Shown here in pieces: positions 1 through 16,990 of a stretch of DNA of 64,000 nt. Position numbers and translations under genes: made by a program. The notes beneath the pieces are model-generated. The model worked only from the letters and a program-made list of their open reading frames with translations, was not told the origin of the DNA and ran no database searches. Position 1 is the first letter of the stretch. Every line of letters begins with the position of its first letter. The DNA is from Eledone cirrhosa. Lineage: Eukaryota. Location: NCBI GenBank assembly GCA_964016885.1, contig OZ024756.1, positions 2,666,001 through 2,730,000 on the forward strand, in the 5' to 3' direction.

Positions 1-1
1 C

Positions 2-544
2 TAAGGGGAGGTAACTAGCTAGTTATCTTAGTTAAATTACTATCCTAAACTACATTAATGGTGATTCAAATACGTGCCTATCATATGAAGTTATAACTAA
101 TTTCTAGAGTATGTTTCCCATTTATAGGTTAGAGAGTTGTCCATTAAGAAGTACAAGGGTGTATATATTAGGATGATTACCATCCATTAAGGGGTGTCAT
201 ATCTGAACATTCTATAAGAGTAGTCAGACTCTCAAGTCACTGTTCCATGCAAATGTAATATAACAGTAGGACCTGGTATGGTCCCACTATTATATATGCC
301 CCCCGGTAGGCTCCGGGTCATTGCATGTCTGAATCTCCGGTAAATCTTCGGTATAGTCCGGAGATCTAATTTCTCATATAAAGGCACTAGTCTGGTCATC
401 AAGCAATAGACAACCCCCATCTCATATATAAATCAATTAAGTATCACATCTACAAGTTAGAGTGGAGTCTATTAATAGGTACTAAAGGAGTTCACATCAA
501 GATGATTACAATCTGGAGATTAAATCTCTCATACCAGGGCACCT
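2..544 (-). repeat. Inverted copy of the PLE 3' UTR (5' inverted pseudo-LTR segment)
   Basis: 2-544 is the near-exact reverse complement of 2697-3240. The same 62-aa spurious ORF appears at 232-420(-) and 2822-3010(+) with one amino-acid difference. Confidence 0.95.
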
Positions 545-563
545 TCCGTACCTCAGCGGTGCT

Positions 564-1991
564 TTGTATCGCGACGATGCACTTCTACGTATAGACTATA
601 AAAAATTCAATATAGAAAGGACTAGAAAACTATTGCACAAAACATTCAAAAACTTTAACCTTAGTATTACCATGGACAAAAACACCAAAAACGTCAACTT
701 CCTAGACGCCACACTCTACCTAGACTCAATGATATATGCACCTTTCCACAAACCTAATGAAAAACTCATCTACGTAGATACCAAGTCTAACCACCCTAAA
801 TCTATATTGAACTCTATCTTTAAGGGAGTATCTAATAGAATCTCTAATCTATCCTATGACATAAACACATTTAACAATAACTCGCAGTATTATAATCAGG
901 CATTAGCTAGATCAGGCCATAATATAGGGATAGAGTTCCTACCTACAAAAACACATAGCTACAACATCATTTCACACAACATCTCCATGGGAAAATTTAA
1001 TAATAGGAATAGCAACTGCACACACACTAATAAGGATTGTAACAACAAAAGTAACCCGCACCACAGAAATGACCATAGGAACATTAAAGGAAACAAATCA
1101 CCAGACATAAAAAACAGAAATAGAAGAAGAAATAATACATTTTTCAACCCTCCTTTCAATTTAAACGTCTCTACCAACCTTCCTAGGGCTTTCTTCTCAC
1201 TACTAGATAAACACTTCCCATCCGGCCACATGTACCACGGCCTTTTAAACAAAAACACTATTAAGATCTCATACTCTACTACGCCTAACTTAGCATACCA
1301 CATAGCTAGTACAAATAAAAGAAAAATTAATTCTTACTTCCAACAAACTAAATCACAACAGTAGATAAACCTTCAAAATAACATTCAAAATAACAGTCAA
1401 AGAAACATTATAGCAAATAACCGTAATATCAATGGAAATAATAGTAATAGCACTAGTGTAAACATTAACGCTGCGTACCACAACCCACATAACCATAACC
1501 CTATAGCTAACATCCAAACTTCTACCCAGCATAGTAACCGGCAGACTAGCACCCAGAGTAATTGTAACTGTAGATCAAGTAGAACCTGCCCTTTAGATAA
1601 AAAATGCTTAACCAAGGATATCATATACTCATGTACAGTCACAACTAACAACTCTTCTGAAACCTATATAGGCTCTACTTCTAACTGCTTCAAAACTAGA
1701 TACAATTCGCACCTCCACTCTTTCAAAAAACACAGTCTAGCCAACTCCACTTCACTATCTAGCTACATACACTATCTAAAAACTAAAAATAAAATATATA
1801 CACTTAAATGGGAAGTGGTAGGTAGTGCAACATCGTACAAACCACCTAATAAATTTTGTAACCTCTGTCTACTAGAGACCCATACTATCATCTTCTCTAA
1901 ACATAATCTCCTTAATAAAAAATCAGAAGTGTTCGCAACTTGCCAACACCGCTTCCGACACTCGTTCCAAAACTTTAAACCCTATATATAA
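564..1991 (+). pseudogene. PLE RT C-terminus plus GIY-YIG endonuclease, one in-frame TAG at 1362-1364
   Basis: Motifs YRDD, NFLD, SNHP, FNPPF, KISYS. Past the TAG the same frame continues CNCRSSRTCPLDKKC...IIYSC...TYIGST...KTRYNSH...CNLCLLE...LLNKKSE...CQH to TAA at 1989-1991. Confidence 0.9.
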
Positions 1992-3926
1992 TAATGTCAG
2001 ACTGGAACCGGCACCACCCCTAGCAATTAACATCAGTAGCTCACCTTACACCTCACATCCACACCCATTTGTATACTCTAAAGATAATACTGACAGCATT
2101 TTAGTACCACCTACCCTGGGAATACCCCCTTGTACCTCTAATTCTGATAACTCGACCGTGGACTACTTAATCTGCATTGCACAAATATAAGATTAGTATA
2201 AACTGGGGACACGGTACTGGTTGCGATAACATAGTCCTGTGCATGGATTCCCACCAAGAGATAGATTGATGATTAGATAGATAATCGTATTATTATGTGA
2301 ATATATACTGTAAACGATCAGTTCAATGAATTATGCACAGGAGATGCATGAGTTAGGAGCCTCTGTGTTGCCTGGTGACCTGACCGGCACCTTTTGACGA
2401 GAGAACCGGCCACCGGACCACCCTGGTGAATTTACCGGGGATGCAGTCATACTACGACCTGAATCTCGCCGGGAGTCATGTATGATAATAAGACCATTAC
2501 TGATAGTGAGACCCATGTAATTAATTATGTAGTCTGACTCTTCTTATGGATTGGCCGGGTGTGGCACCCCATGTTGGATTGTAGTCATCATGATACGAAC
2601 TCCTTTAGTACTTGTTACTGGACTCCACTCTAGCTTGTGGATGGGATACCTGATCTATATGTGGGATGTGGGTTTATGTATTGCTTGGTGGCCAGACAGG
2701 TGCCCTGGTATGAGAGATTTAATCTCCAGATTGTAATCATCTTGATGTGAACTCCTTTAGTACCTATTAATAGACTCCACTCTAACTTGTAGATGTGATA
2801 CTTAATTGATTTATATATGAGATGGGGGTTGTCTATTGCTTGATGACCAGACTAGTGCCTTTATATGAGAAATTAGATCTCCGGACCATACCGAAGATTT
2901 ACCGGAGATTCAGACATGCAATGACCCGGAGCCTACCGGGGGGCATATATAATAGTGGGACCATACCAGGTCCTATTGTTATATTACATTTGCATGGAAC
3001 AGTGACTTGAGAGTCTGACTCCTCTTATACAATGTTCAGATATGACACCCCTTAATGGATGGTAATCATCCTAATATATACACCCTTGTACTTCTTAATG
3101 GACAACTCTCTAACCTATAAATGGGAAACATACTCTAGAAATTAGTTATAACTTCATATGATAGGCACGTATTTGAATCACCATTAATGTAGTTTAGGAT
3201 AGTAATTTAACTAAGATAACTAGCTAGTTACCTCCCCTTACGCATTAATTCCCCTTAGTCATTCAGACACTTCCGGAATCTGGACAGCATGATCTATTAA
3301 TTAAGAACCGACTGGATACGGTTTATAACTTAATTATATGCTGAACCATCGTGAATTATACGATAGACACGTGTTCTATATATTGCGTCTCATGGATTAT
3401 GTGAGTGGTGGTGTGAGCGAAGACAGTGGTACGGCTTTGCCTACGATACAATAAGGTTTATAGTATGTTGAAAGTTTTTGATATTTTGGTGTTTCCCTGC
3501 ATCCGAGACTGTATATAATACAGATGTATGAGAATAAATGACTTAATAATTCAGCCCACATAATAAGATCGATTGCCTGCTTCAACTGCCTGACCCTGCA
3601 AATATCATTCTGACGCACTCTAATCATGTATAAATAAGACACGCGTGCATGCTACACGTGAGATTGTTTCATACACTGACTACTCTAAGCTTTCCTCTTG
3701 CTTTATCTTCATAGACTGCCAACGCTTCATGTTTATCTTTATTTTCATTCTTGTTTTTATTTTTATTTTTATTTTTATTTTTATTTTTATCCTGTAACCT
3801 TTATATGTAAATTGCCATGCTATATCATTTGATGAATGTCACCCCACTGTTGATCAATATGCGCATATGTTTTATATGTCTCTTGGGCTGAAAAGGAGGT
3901 CAAGTATGTTATAGATCAGTAAATAG

Positions 3927-3975
3927 TTGCTCCGAAGAATCCAAACCTCGGTTTGGAGGAAACAATTGTAAGCAA
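3927..3975 (+). ncRNA. Type I hammerhead ribozyme (C4 core variant) in the Naiad pLTR
   Basis: ttgct-CCGAAGA-a tccaaacc tc ggtttgga g-GAAA-caattg-TA-agcaa. Stem I ttgct/agcaa; palindromic stem III. Confidence 0.8.
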
Positions 3976-4043
3976 ATACATGACTTAAACTGAACTTTGA
4001 TTATCGTAATCTCTATATACATATATATATATATATATATATT

Positions 4044-4137
<94 letters not shown>

Positions 4138-4214
4138 AATAACATATTAAAGTTTAATCAAAGAATAGCTGCTTTCACCCTTAACGGGATCTTTCGATTT
4201 TAGTCTTCGCATTT

Positions 4215-4406
4215 GGGCGGTGGATTGGCAGTATCGGTAGAGGGTTGGACGCCATGCTTTATAGCATAGTTACGTCCCTTTGCGGTCTGAGTTCAAATCC
4301 CACCGAGGTTAACTTTGCCTTTCATCCTTACGGGGTCGATAAAAGAAAGTACCAGTAATGTACTGGGTAATTGATGACCTTATGCCTAAAGTAGAAACAA
4401 TTATTA
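4215..4406 (+). mobile_element. tRNA-derived SINE (Nin-domain-like central region)
   Basis: A box TGGCAGTATCGG, B box GAGTTCAAATCC, then gttaactttgcctttcatcc...ggggtcgataaaa..aagtacc. More than 10 copies in the window. Confidence 0.85.
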
Positions 4407-4419
4407 CTATATATCTATA

Positions 4420-4480
<61 letters not shown>

Positions 4481-4600
4481 ATATACACACACCTACACAC
4501 ACACAGTAATAAATGCAATGCACAAAATCCAAAGAGAGCTCGAGAAGATCCCGTATAGGGTGAAAGCAGAAATTTCTTTGCTTAAACTTTAATCTGGACT

Positions 4601-4792
4601 AATAATTGTTCCTACTTTTGGCACAAGGCCAGCAAATACCCCAGTAAATTATTGGTACTTTATTTTATCGACCACGTAAGGATGAAAGGCAAAGTTAACC
4701 TCGGCGGAATTTGAACACAAAACGTAAAAGGCAATAAATCTATGCTGCAAACAGGGTGTCTGACGCTCTACCGACACTGCGAATTCTCCATC
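4601..4792 (-). mobile_element. tRNA-derived SINE, same family
   Basis: Reverse-complement match to 4215-4406. Confidence 0.8.
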
Positions 4793-4799
4793 AGATAAG

Positions 4800-7659
<2,860 letters not shown>

Positions 7660-7660
<1 letters not shown>

Positions 7661-8405
7661 TATAGTGTACATAGGTGAGACAGCTCGTAGTATAGGGGAA
7701 CGGATAAATGAACACTGGCGAGACCTTCAAGATAATAAAGAATCATCTGTACTCTACCAACATGCTAAGATAGAACACAAGGGTAAATTAGAGAACATAG
7801 AAATAAAAATAGAATCCACACACAGAAAAGATGCAATGTTTAGGCAAATTACAGAGGCAGTAAGCATAAAAGAATTACAACCAAAATTAAATAGAAAATA
7901 TGAGTGGAACAGCAACATCACAACTTACAATTAAGGACAAAATAAAAGCACACACACACATAGAACAAACAACCAACCAACAACATGTAAATAAACAAAC
8001 AAATAGATAAATGAACACAAACACACACAGACACCCGGATGTGGCGCATGCGCAAACTGAGCACACAACACACACACAGAAACAAAATGGCGTAGGACAG
8101 AAGAAAGGAAAGGCACAGAAACAAAGAAAGGAATCCCCAGTCACTGAAGAGGTCACAGAGTGTGTGACGAAAGGACTATGACTATATATAAACAACTATC
8201 TGGTTGTGGAACCAACCAACCAACCAGAAATTTATAAGTTTGTAGATTTGTAAATTTATAAATTTATAAATATATAATAAATTGAAGGGAAATTACTGGT
8301 GCGTGTGTTTCTTATTGGCAACATGACCCTCCCAAAGTACAACAATATCGGTTTCAACACACGATTTCAGATAAAGAATCTTGCTAAACAAATTCAGAAA
8401 CGAAA
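7660..8405 (+). mobile_element. Heavily 5'-truncated PLE (GIY-YIG C-terminus plus pLTR), paralog of 4800-6985
   Basis: YIGETARSIGERINEH...SVLYQHA...RQITEAVSI...PKLNRKYEWN (7665-7934), HHR at 8139-8183, and a 3' end homologous to that of the 4800-6985 element. Confidence 0.85.
8139..8183 (+). ncRNA. Minimal type I hammerhead ribozyme
   Basis: agtca-CTGAAGA-g gtcac agagtgt gtgac-GAAA-ggac-TA-tgact. Confidence 0.85.
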
Positions 8406-8469
8406 TATATATATATATATATACGTATATGTATATCTATATATATGTATATATATATATATATGTATG

Positions 8470-8551
<82 letters not shown>

Positions 8552-8553
8552 TG

Positions 8554-8606
<53 letters not shown>

Positions 8607-8673
8607 GTATATATATATATATATATATGTATATCTATATATATATATATGTGTATATATATATATATATACG

Positions 8674-8713
<40 letters not shown>

Positions 8714-8734
8714 CTTATTTATGTATATATATAC

Positions 8735-8781
<47 letters not shown>

Positions 8782-8802
8782 CTTATTTATGTATATATAT
8801 AC

Positions 8803-8859
<57 letters not shown>

Positions 8860-8967
8860 CTTATTTATGTATATATATACATATATATACATATATATAT
8901 ATATATAAAATATTAAACAAATAATGAATAAAACAATGAAACAGTTCCTTATATTAAACAAAAAAAG

Positions 8968-9122
8968 TTCATTATTTAACGATCGTTTCTAGGATATATA
9001 TGTGTTAGAATTGGCATGCATATTCAACAGATCTATGTACAAAATTATACAAAATTATACAAACTATCAAGATTAAATATACATACCAAACACACATATA
9101 TGCCGTCTTCAGAAATAATGAA
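8968..9122 (-). ncRNA. Type I hammerhead ribozyme with ~116-nt stem II
   Basis: Minus strand: ttcattattt-CTGAAGA-[116-nt hairpin]-GAAA-cgatcg-TT-aaataatgaa. 10-bp stem I; palindromic stem III. Confidence 0.8.
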
Positions 9123-9788
9123 ATATATTTATTGATAATAACAACAATTCAAAATTTCAGGTCCGTTTGGGAACGGAGTTCAAAATTGACCAATGAAAAT
9201 ACAAAAAGTTTTATGCAGTTTGGTGTGTGTATATACATGTAACTAATCCCGTACACATATTTATACAAAGATATATGCTCAACATGCATACGCATGCCAA
9301 AAAGATGTATGCAAATACAAAATTTTAGGCTAATGTCTCTGTAAGTTTATAATCCACAGATAAAATGCGTATAGACACATAAATATGAAATAAGTGTATA
9401 CACATATTCTCATACTCACACACATCCGTACACTCACACACACGCGCGCGTATATGCATAAACCTACACATAACTACGAACATACATACACAAACACACC
9501 CCCACACACATATATATGTGGATATAATATTATCATAAGCACATGGATATTAATTCACTCACATAAACACTGCCACACACATTTAGATCAAGATACAGAA
9601 ATTAGGTGGGAGGGGGGGAGAGGTCAGTATTCAACGGTTAGGGCAGACTGCTTATTTATAGATGTATCTATAAATGTATCTATCACCGAAAGTGATTTTT
9701 CATTACATCTCTTCTTTCCATGATATCCGGAATACATTGAGTTCTTCATACGGATTGGACACTACCGTAAACTCTTGGTAGATTTATC

Positions 9789-9887
<99 letters not shown>

Positions 9888-9891
9888 TCAG

Positions 9892-9923
<32 letters not shown>

Positions 9924-9947
9924 TACATATATATATACTTATTTATG

Positions 9948-10002
<55 letters not shown>

Positions 10003-10006
<4 letters not shown>

Positions 10007-10613
10007 TGGCTGCCAACTCGTTATCGAGTACGGCCACTACTTTATATCCATGTAGGAGAACCCCTACCGATGCGCTGAACGAGTGTGACTTTTTAGTCCA
10101 GCCAGCGACTTGAAAACTCTGGTACAAACACTACACTTGTGACAATTATTGACACATAGTGCTGGGCCCATGGTACCATGTGATGACAAGTGCAGAGAGA
10201 TCTCCAGATATAAAGCAATGACTGTGCCGTGAAGCTTTTATAGTGAGCAAAGGCACTGCACAAACCCAGTCCCACTCTCTTAACCAAGATGATATTTACC
10301 TAAAAGAAGAACAAATCAACATCATTGGATACCATCAGGGTTGCAGGTGTTATATCAGAGTTTTCCTTCTCCTAGAATTCTGCCTTGACAAAGGCTAAGG
10401 GGTCATCTCTCCCGGTGATTTTGGATAGCCATTGACTCTTAAGAGCTCCTTTGCCCTTTGACAGGTTTTGTTTTTAGTCCTGCAGGATGTCCAAAGTCAC
10501 CCTCCTCACCAAGAAACCTTGGTGGGGTTGCCTATTTACTCGCCAACGACCCGACCATGAGACAGGTTGTACTGTGATACATGTTACCAGTAGCACCAAC
10601 TGGTGACCTGACA
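10003..10613 (-). mobile_element. Non-autonomous RTE-derived element (5' UTR-like body) inserted in (TA)n
   Basis: Highly similar to 48740-49130 and homologous to 49200-49805. Carries ...ctaggagaaggaaaactctga..., which I recognise from RTE-related leaders; no ORF. Confidence 0.55.
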
Positions 10614-10627
10614 TATATATGTATATC

Positions 10628-10683
<56 letters not shown>

Positions 10684-10700
10684 CATATATACATATATAC

Positions 10701-10781
<81 letters not shown>

Positions 10782-10826
10782 CATATATATATAGAGAGAG
10801 ATATGCATATACATATATATATATAG

Positions 10827-10950
<124 letters not shown>

Positions 10951-10964
10951 CTATCTATATATAC

Positions 10965-11017
<53 letters not shown>

Positions 11018-11208
11018 GGTTTGAGGTTTACCACTGTATAGAGCTGGTTTATTCCGTATGGTCAATCGTAATGCAATAATATAGAGAGTACTCAACGTAA
11101 AGCAGTTCAACCGTCTTTGTTTTTGTAGTTGGTGGTGCTATTACTGAGTTAAATATTATAATGAAATGACAGGAGGATGGATTTGTGTAAATCCTTGAAA
11201 GGTTTATT

Positions 11209-11266
11209 ATACTATGATCATTTCAATGACCGGGTTCCGTATGAATCCGGTGATATCATCAGGTAT
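11209..11266 (-). ncRNA. Type I hammerhead ribozyme within an inverted-duplication cassette (11016-11433)
   Basis: Minus strand: atac-CTGATGA-tatc accgg...ccggt catt-GAAA-tgatca-TA-gtat. Arms 11158-11233 and 11359-11433 are inverted copies. Confidence 0.8.
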
Positions 11267-11431
11267 TCGAAATATAATACGTGAATGTAATAGATAAAAT
11301 CCATGGGGCTGAAAATCGAGGACACGAGGGCGACGCTATTCTGTTCCTTCAACCTCAGCCGGTCATTGAAATGATCATAGTATAATAAACCTTTCAAGGA
11401 TTTACACAAATACAGCCTCCTGTCATTTCAT

Positions 11432-11561
<130 letters not shown>

Positions 11562-11588
11562 GTATATCTATATATATATATGTATATC

Positions 11589-11637
<49 letters not shown>

Positions 11638-11821
11638 ATCTATCTATATATATATATATATAAATAAGTATATATATATAAATGACTATATATATATACA
11701 TGAGTATATATATATAAATGAGTATATATATGTATATATATATATATAAATAAGTATATATATATAAATGAGTATATATATATAAATGAGTATATATATA
11801 AATGAGTATATATATAAATGA

Positions 11822-12068
<247 letters not shown>

Positions 12069-12253
12069 TATGTATATTTATGTATATATATATATATATA
12101 ATATGTTGAGAAGGTAACACACCAGAGAGATATATATAGTGTGTTATCAATAATACAGGGAAAAAACCACCAGTGTATGGAATCTATAACCTATGAAAGG
12201 CAGACTATAGACACGATAATTAAAAATATAAATTAAAGCCCCCGTTAATTTAT

Positions 12254-12292
<39 letters not shown>

Positions 12293-12318
12293 GTATAAAA
12301 ATCAATACAATATAATTA

Positions 12319-12388
12319 CCTCATTACCAGAGGTTTCCCGAATGAGGCGAATACGAAATAAACGACTTCATTCGTTCGTCAGACGAGG
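12319..12388 (-). ncRNA. Type I hammerhead ribozyme
   Basis: Minus strand: cctcgt-CTGACGA-a cgaatga...tcattcg g-GAAA-cc tct gg-TA-atgagg. Same family at 52525 and 52695. Confidence 0.85.
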
Positions 12389-12487
12389 CAATATAAAACA
12401 TGGGCAAATACTTAGAAAAACACATCAAGAAAATCAAAAAAAGATATAGATAAATGAAATAGAAATTGAAATATATAAAAATATAAA

Positions 12488-12522
<35 letters not shown>

Positions 12523-12605
12523 ACATATATATATATATGTATATATATGTACATATATGTTTATATATATATATATGTATATATATATATGTATATATAT
12601 ATATG

Positions 12606-12657
<52 letters not shown>

Positions 12658-12722
12658 TATATATATATAAATGAGTATATGTATATATATATATAAATAT
12701 GTATATATATATATATAAATGA

Positions 12723-12792
<70 letters not shown>

Positions 12793-12960
12793 AATTAGTA
12801 TATCTACTAACATATTTATACACAGATGGATACCTTTGCCAGCAAATATATAGGTTTTGTCTTAGTAACTTTGTGGTTCAATGCATGGGGATGCAGATCA
12901 ATAATATGAAAGACGTAAAATAAGAAAACTATAAAAATTAACTTACTTACTAAAATTTCA

Positions 12961-13040
12961 CTCCAACTAATTAGTTTCTGAAAGGGAATAAACATGGTTT
13001 CCGAAGAAAGACACGGAGAAGTCCTTTTGTCATCAGGGAA
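12961..13040 (-). ncRNA. Type I hammerhead ribozyme with ~50-nt stem II
   Basis: Minus strand: ttcc-CTGATGA-c aaaagga..tccg..cgga..tcccttt ca-GAAA-ctaattag-TT-ggag. Palindromic stem III. Confidence 0.7.
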
Positions 13041-13406
13041 GTCTATTCTCAGCTAAATTTCCAGGCAATGCGTGGACACAGGGAAGTTATACAAAAATAA
13101 TTCAGTGGATGGAAAAAAGCAAAGCGTGGACTAAGTTCCAAGACATTGAAAAAATCACTGCCTACTGCGTCGGTGGCAAATTCAAAAGAATCAATCACGT
13201 GACATCGAGGTTAATCAGTGAGGAGTGGTGTGTTAATAAGACAGCAGCCGAACCATTACTATGAACTATAGTAGCAGTTTTGGCCAATTTTGGCTCAACA
13301 AAATAATTTGGAGTTAATTATAAAGAATTAGTATATCTACTAACATATATATTAGTTGGAGTGAAATTTTAGTAAGTTAATTTTTATAATTTTCTTATTT
13401 TACGTC

Positions 13407-13448
<42 letters not shown>

Positions 13449-13464
13449 TAAAATAACAGATTAA

Positions 13465-13515
13465 AGTTTAAGCAAAGAATCGCTGCTTTCACCCTTAACG
13501 GGATCTTCTGAAACT
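13465..13515 (-). ncRNA. Hammerhead-like motif with CAGAAGA core
   Basis: Minus strand: agttt-CAGAAGA-t ccc gttaa ggg t-GAAA-gca..tgc-TT-aaact. Same as 45714-45764. Confidence 0.7.
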
Positions 13516-13646
13516 AACAAAGTCAATCTGTAAACGCAGAACTGGATATTTCAAAAAACGTTGCAACCGGAGGAAGACAGGAAGACGATACTTTGGTTCG
13601 TGGAAACGTTCGCTGGCAAAGAACGGGAAAAAACGAATAATACGTC

Positions 13647-13709
<63 letters not shown>

Positions 13710-14004
13710 TCATTTATATATATATATACTTATATAGACAGGCAGTGAAACAGACAACATAAACGACACTTTTATGAGCGGAACAAAGATTTATTGAAGC
13801 CTACATTTAACCTGAAGTCTAGAGGCTGTCTACAAGGCCTCGTGCTTTTGAACGGGAATTCAGAAGAAGCAAGAAATATACAGTTATTAGTACTTAGCCC
13901 GCGTCTGCTACTCTCTCCATGTTTCTCTACATTAACAAGGTTATATAGAAGTTGATTAGTTGCAAATGTTGAGAGGGTGGGGCTTGGAGAAGGGGGAATC
14001 GTTA

Positions 14005-14520
14005 TTCTGTGGTGGTGACGTGGTAGTGGTGGTATCGGTGGTGATGGGGTGGTGGTGGTGGTGGTGGTGATGTGGTGGTGGTGGTGGTGGTGGTGGTGGT
14101 GTGGTGATGTGGTGGTGGTAGTGGTTGTGATGTGGCAGTTGTGGTGGTGGTGGTGGTGATGATGTGGTGGTGTGGTAGTGGTGTGGTGATGTGGCGATGT
14201 GGTAGTTGTGGTGTTGGTGGTGGTGGTGGTAATGGCGGTGGTAGTGGTGGTGGCGGTGGTAGTGGTGGTGGCGGTGGTGGTGTTCTGGTGTTGGTAGTGG
14301 TGGTGGTGGTGGTGTTGTGGTGGTGTTGTGGTGGTGGTGGTGGTTGGTGTGGTGGTAGTGGTGGTGGTGTGGTGTTGGCGGTGGCGAGATAGTGGTGGTG
14401 ATGGTGGTGAGATGTCGGTGGTGGTGGCGGTGGTTGTGGTGACGATAGTGATGGTGGTAGTGGCGCTGGTGTGTTGGTGGTGGCGGTAGTGGTGGTGGCG
14501 GTGGCGGTGGTGGTGGGGTA
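14005..14520. repeat. (GGT)n compound microsatellite
   Basis: Direct inspection. Confidence 0.95.
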
Positions 14521-15526
14521 GTCTAGGTTTACTAAATATCTACAGTTTTAGAGTTATCCAGAAATCCCCTAGACATATACAGCAGCATCATCTGTTGAAA
14601 TTATTAAAAGAAGGTTAAAAGAAAAAAAGAAAAAGTAAAAGAAATGAAAAATATAAAACAAAAAAATATATATACATATAAATATATATAAAAATATATT
14701 TAAAACAAAATATATAAAAAATATATATATAAAACAAAACAAAACAACATCCAAATTAGGTTTGTCAACAGTATTTGTTCAGCCCTTAACCAATCCTGAG
14801 CTCTACACACCATACAACCTACCCCAGGTGGTTTAATTCGGCTAATAGTTATAATAACAACAACAACAACAATAATCTCTCTTATAGCAGAACGGACATT
14901 TTTGCACAGAAATATCAACAACAACAACGCCAAATATTACAACAAAAACCACCACTACTACTACTACTACTACAACTACTACTGATATTGCTCCACCCCT
15001 CTCCTCAGCCACCTACTACTACTACTACTACTACTACTAGTAGTCGTTGTTGTAGTATACAGATTTTGTTTGACAAGCCCCCAAAACTATAATTTCTTTC
15101 GTAAGGGTGAGAGGCAGACTCAATTAAATTGACCCCTGTAACTTATATGTACTAATTTGCTGGTCCCCGGTGAGATAAAACCGTAAAGTCGTTCCTGGTG
15201 GGGATTGAACTAAGAACTGAGAATTATCGCACTAGATACCTCAGGGTGATTAGTACGACTTATATAATTAGTACGGTGGTTTGTACCACCGCCCTCCACT
15301 ATAAAAACAACACCAAATTAATTTCTTTTCCTGTGGCATTAGGTCAATTTATTAAAACCAGAAGTATATTTATTTGTTAATAGGAGGAAATCTTGTTTTT
15401 TTTTAAGGCAGAGATATATTTTCTCGATTAAATCCAGGATATTACTGGTACTTAAGCGGCAACAAAGGAAGTACTCCTACCATTACAAAAGAGCAACAAC
15501 AAAAAACAACATAATAGATCATTGAA

Positions 15527-15912
15527 GATTCTTCTTCTTCTTCTTCTTCTTCTTCTTCTTCTTCTTCTTCTTCTTCTTCTTCTTCTTCTTCTTCTTCTTC
15601 TTCTTCTTCTTCTTCTTCTTCTTCTCGTGGGGCCAGGGTTCACAAACACTCCTTCCAGTGGGGTCTATCAGAAGCAACAGTCTTCAATTGATCCGGCTGG
15701 ATCCCCAAGTGAGACCAGTCAAGTTCATGGACGTTACCCAACCATCTTGCTCGGTGTCTACCTCTGGGTCATCCACTGGTAGGTTTTGCCCTTAAAATCT
15801 GTCCAGCGATTCTTTCCTGAGACATTCTAATCACATGCCCATAGTATCGGAGCTGTGATCTCTCAATTCAACGGAGAAGTAGCGACTCTACCTGGAGCGA
15901 TTCCCTGACCTC
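15527..15912 (-). mobile_element. RTE-clade LINE 3' fragment with (GAA)n tail
   Basis: Minus-strand translation IERSQLRYYGHVIRM..ERIA..IL..PRGR.RARW..DRPHW with stops; tail at 15527-15625. Diverged copy at ~42088-42403(+). Confidence 0.85.
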
Positions 15913-16180
15913 AAACAAGATGATGCCATTCTAAGAATGTAAATATAAGAGAGTATGATCACCACAAGAATATCATTGGCTACAAGCCTGCTCCACAAAA
16001 TGGCTGGAAAAGAATTACACATTTATCAATTCAATTGTCTCGCGTAGAACATTTAATTGTTCTCATCTATTCACATGCAGGCACATGTAATATTTTCGTG
16101 TCATTAGTGTCATATGTATAAAACACAGAAAATCAAGGGAGGTGGCTATTGTTAATGAAGTTTTTGATGACATGTTTTGT

Positions 16181-16227
<47 letters not shown>

Positions 16228-16353
16228 TATCAATATGTTTTAAAGTAGAGCACATCGATTTTGCAGGAAATATATTATTTCAGATTGTTGGCAATTGGAA
16301 ATTCATTAATAGATATTGATGCAAATATCTTATAGTATGTTACACATGTGAGC

Positions 16354-16491
<138 letters not shown>

Positions 16492-16843
16492 TGTGTGTGT
16501 GTGGTAATAATAATAAATTTGAAGACTAAAATCCAAAGAGGGTTCGATAAGGATAAATATATATCAAATATATAAGAACCGTAGAGCAAATATTTATTAA
16601 AATAACAGATTAAAGTTTAAGCAAAGATCTTCTGAAGATCCCGTTAAGGGTGAAAGCAGCGATTCTTTGCTTAAACTTTAATCTGTTGTTCTAATATATA
16701 TACATAGAGAGAGAGATAGATAGATATATTTCTTTATTAGCCATAAGGGCGCACAAGAAAAGGGGACAAAACAAGGACACATACCGGGGATTTTACATTC
16801 AATCGTATAAAAATATGAAACAAACAAATATATATATATATAT

Positions 16844-16892
<49 letters not shown>

Positions 16893-16899
<7 letters not shown>

Positions 16900-16950
16900 A
16901 AGTATGTATGTATACGCACATACATATATGTATACAGACGTACAGTAGCA

Positions 16951-16990
<40 letters not shown>

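Larger units (their letters stand above)
545..4015 (+). mobile_element. 5'-truncated Penelope-like retroelement, Naiad-type
   Basis: RT-thumb-GIY-YIG coding region, ~2 kb 3' UTR, HHR at 3927-3975, 3' end abutting (TA)n, and a 5' inverted repeat. Confidence 0.85.

Noticed and set aside
1362-1364. Selenocysteine recoding as reported for some Naiads
   Set aside because: The stop is TAG, not TGA, lies in a low-complexity linker, and the conserved Cys residues are ordinary codons.
4215-4310. tRNA genes
   Set aside because: The A and B boxes belong to multi-copy SINE heads; no full cloverleaf evident.
13737-13945. Possible solo LTR
   Set aside because: Only an AATAAA on the minus strand; no clear TG..CA ends or TSD.
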